From the NCBI RefSeq assembly GCF_052425735.1, contig NC_135761.1, positions 12,152,001 to 12,216,000 on the forward strand: a DNA stretch of 64,000 nucleotides, in the 5' to 3' direction. The DNA comes from Oculina patagonica (Eukaryota). The translations under genes were made by a program, and so were the position numbers. Shown one piece after another: positions 62,347-64,000 of the stretch (position 1 is its first letter; the number at the start of each line of letters is the position of its first letter). A model generated the notes under the pieces. The model was not told the origin of the DNA and did not search any database. It saw only the letters and a program-made list of their open reading frames with translations.

Positions 62347-64000
62347 TCAGTAACTAGCTAAAGCGATATACTTTTTTGGTAATTTCAACAAAGATGCTTG
62401 TAGTGATGAACAATGATTTGGCATATTGGCCATTTCATGCCATTTATTGCTCCTTATATCAAAACACTCCACTGTAGCCAAGCATTCTTCTTCATCTTCT
62501 CCTCCAAATAAGTAAATCATGTCGTTTATACTCACAGCACTACCACAAGCACGGGGGACACCAGGAATAGACACCAGGCTCCACTGATTTGTATTCAATT
62601 CAAAGACTTCACAGGACGGTTCTATGGTTAAACGTGACATGTCACCAAATCCTCCAACAGCAACAATTCTCTCACCAGCTGTGGCAGCAGCAGCAGACCT
62701 TCGGACTTTAGAGATACTTGAAACCTTATTCCATTGACCAGATAATGGATTATAACACTCCACACTGTTTAGACAAACTTCACCATTATGACCAGCAATT
62801 ACATAAATATGATCTTGCAGCACAACTGCACTATGATCAGCGCGACGAGATTCCATCGGTGCTGCTTGCCTCCATTCATCACGAACAGGGTTGAATATTT
62901 GAACATCATGCCAAGAACCTTCTCCACCAATCACATACAGTTCTTCATTAAAACATGTAACTGAAAAGTCTCTTAGATTTAATGTAATGTCATGAGAGCT
63001 CCATTTATTTTGATTTGGGTTAAAGATACACATTGAATGTGAGTTATTCCCATCAAATTTCTCACCCAATACGTACAAGAGTCCGCCACACACTGCTGCC
63101 GCACCACATTCAGTGGCATAGGAAGGCATCATGGGTAGGAATCCCCATGTCATGGTGGAGGGTACGAAACACATGGTGTCCTTTAAGATATCCTCAGAGT
63201 TTGATCCACCAGTAATCACCACCACACGCTCATATTTATCTAAAGACAAACGAGGTTTAAGTGGCATTTCTCTGAAGCGATCTGGAAACAGACAGCAATC
63301 CAGTGCATTAATTACCACCTTTGTGCAAGTAAGGTCCTTACTGACTAACTCTTCATTGAGAATTTTTCGCAGAGTGTACTTCGACATTGAGAATAGTCGT
63401 ACACATTTCAGTAGTTCAGGAAGTAGACACTCCCTTGATGGCAGATCATGTTTAACCCAAGCAATCACTGCCTGGTATACTTCCTCTTCTTCAGACACAT
63501 CTATCTCGTCCATGCAAATCAGTTCTTTGAGCTTCTCGAAATCAAGCATTCTGAAAACTTCGGATTTCGTGAATGCAACGAAGTTTTTAAATTTGTAAGT
63601 GACTGCAGCTTGCTTTAGTGACTCACAGTTATACTGAGAAGCGAACGATTCTAAAGCCAAGCAATTGGAAGCATTGATTGAGCCCTGCAGGAAAAGTGAC
63701 GCTTTCGTTTTCAAACTTGGAATGATCAAGTAGTCCGCGATCATTATCAAGTCTTGTGCGTTGGAGGAATCGATGCTTGCTTTACCAGTGTAAATAAATT
63801 CAAGGACATCGCTAATCGTCGATGATTTTGCCTCCTGTAACTCCACAACATTGCTTTCCGTTTCCTTCATTTGACTGGTAAACATAGCTCGGAAGTACGC
63901 GCTTGCAGCAGATAGAACACATTTGTGGGCAGTGAAGTCCTGTCCCTGAGCTCGGATAGTCGTATCACAGAGAATGTTCGTTTCTCTAAGATCGTTTAGT
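62347..64000 (-). CDS. Kelch-like protein, tandem paralog of 57541-59259; start lies beyond the window
   Basis: Frame stays open to the edge (LNDLRETNILCDTTIRAQGQDFTAHKCVLSAASAYFRAMF); high identity to the neighbour. Confidence 0.95.
   Translation of the reverse strand, partial: LNDLRETNILCDTTIRAQGQDFTAHKCVLSAASAYFRAMFTSQMKETESNVVELQEAKSSTISDVLEFIYTGKASIDSSNAQDLIMIADYLIIPSLKTKASLFLQGSINASNCLALESFASQYNCESLKQAAVTYKFKNFVAFTKSEVFRMLDFEKLKELICMDEIDVSEEEEVYQAVIAWVKHDLPSRECLLPELLKCVRLFSMSKYTLRKILNEELVSKDLTCTKVVINALDCCLFPDRFREMPLKPRLSLDKYERVVVITGGSNSEDILKDTMCFVPSTMTWGFLPMMPSYATECGAAAVCGGLLYVLGEKFDGNNSHSMCIFNPNQNKWSSHDITLNLRDFSVTCFNEELYVIGGEGSWHDVQIFNPVRDEWRQAAPMESRRADHSAVVLQDHIYVIAGHNGEVCLNSVECYNPLSGQWNKVSSISKVRRSAAAATAGERIVAVGGFGDMSRLTIEPSCEVFELNTNQWSLVSIPGVPRACGSAVSINDMIYLFGGEDEEECLATVECFDIRSNKWHEMANMPNHCSSLQASLLKLPKKYIALASY

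Noticed and set aside
58307-63598. Two similar 155-aa plus-strand ORFs
   Set aside because: Antisense shadows of the duplicated Kelch genes

Overview
AT-rich, intron-containing eukaryotic DNA. Gene content and a dense load of small MITEs and SINEs suggest an anthozoan, probably a stony coral (inference). Supported genes, left to right: FANK1 (2 exons, -); two divergent intronless PPP1R27-like ankyrin genes; an intronless PRRT3/4-like multi-pass membrane protein; a 65-aa PKA inhibitor (PKI-like); TRIP13/PCH2 (17 exons, -) head-to-head with CEP76 (10 exons, +) across 294 bp; an intronless class A GPCR; and two tandem intronless BTB-BACK-Kelch genes, the second cut by the window edge. A 117-aa orphan ORF may also be real. 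The strongest leads are (1) a compact candidate cAMP/PKA/PP1 control cluster with CRE-rich promoters, (2) mirror-image CDE/CHR modules in the TRIP13-CEP76 shared promoter, (3) a GC-AG intron and an 18-nt microexon in TRIP13, and (4) nested MITEs with unusual 5- and 6-bp target-site duplications. Exon coordinates were derived by hand from splice signals and reading-frame continuity; no searches were run.
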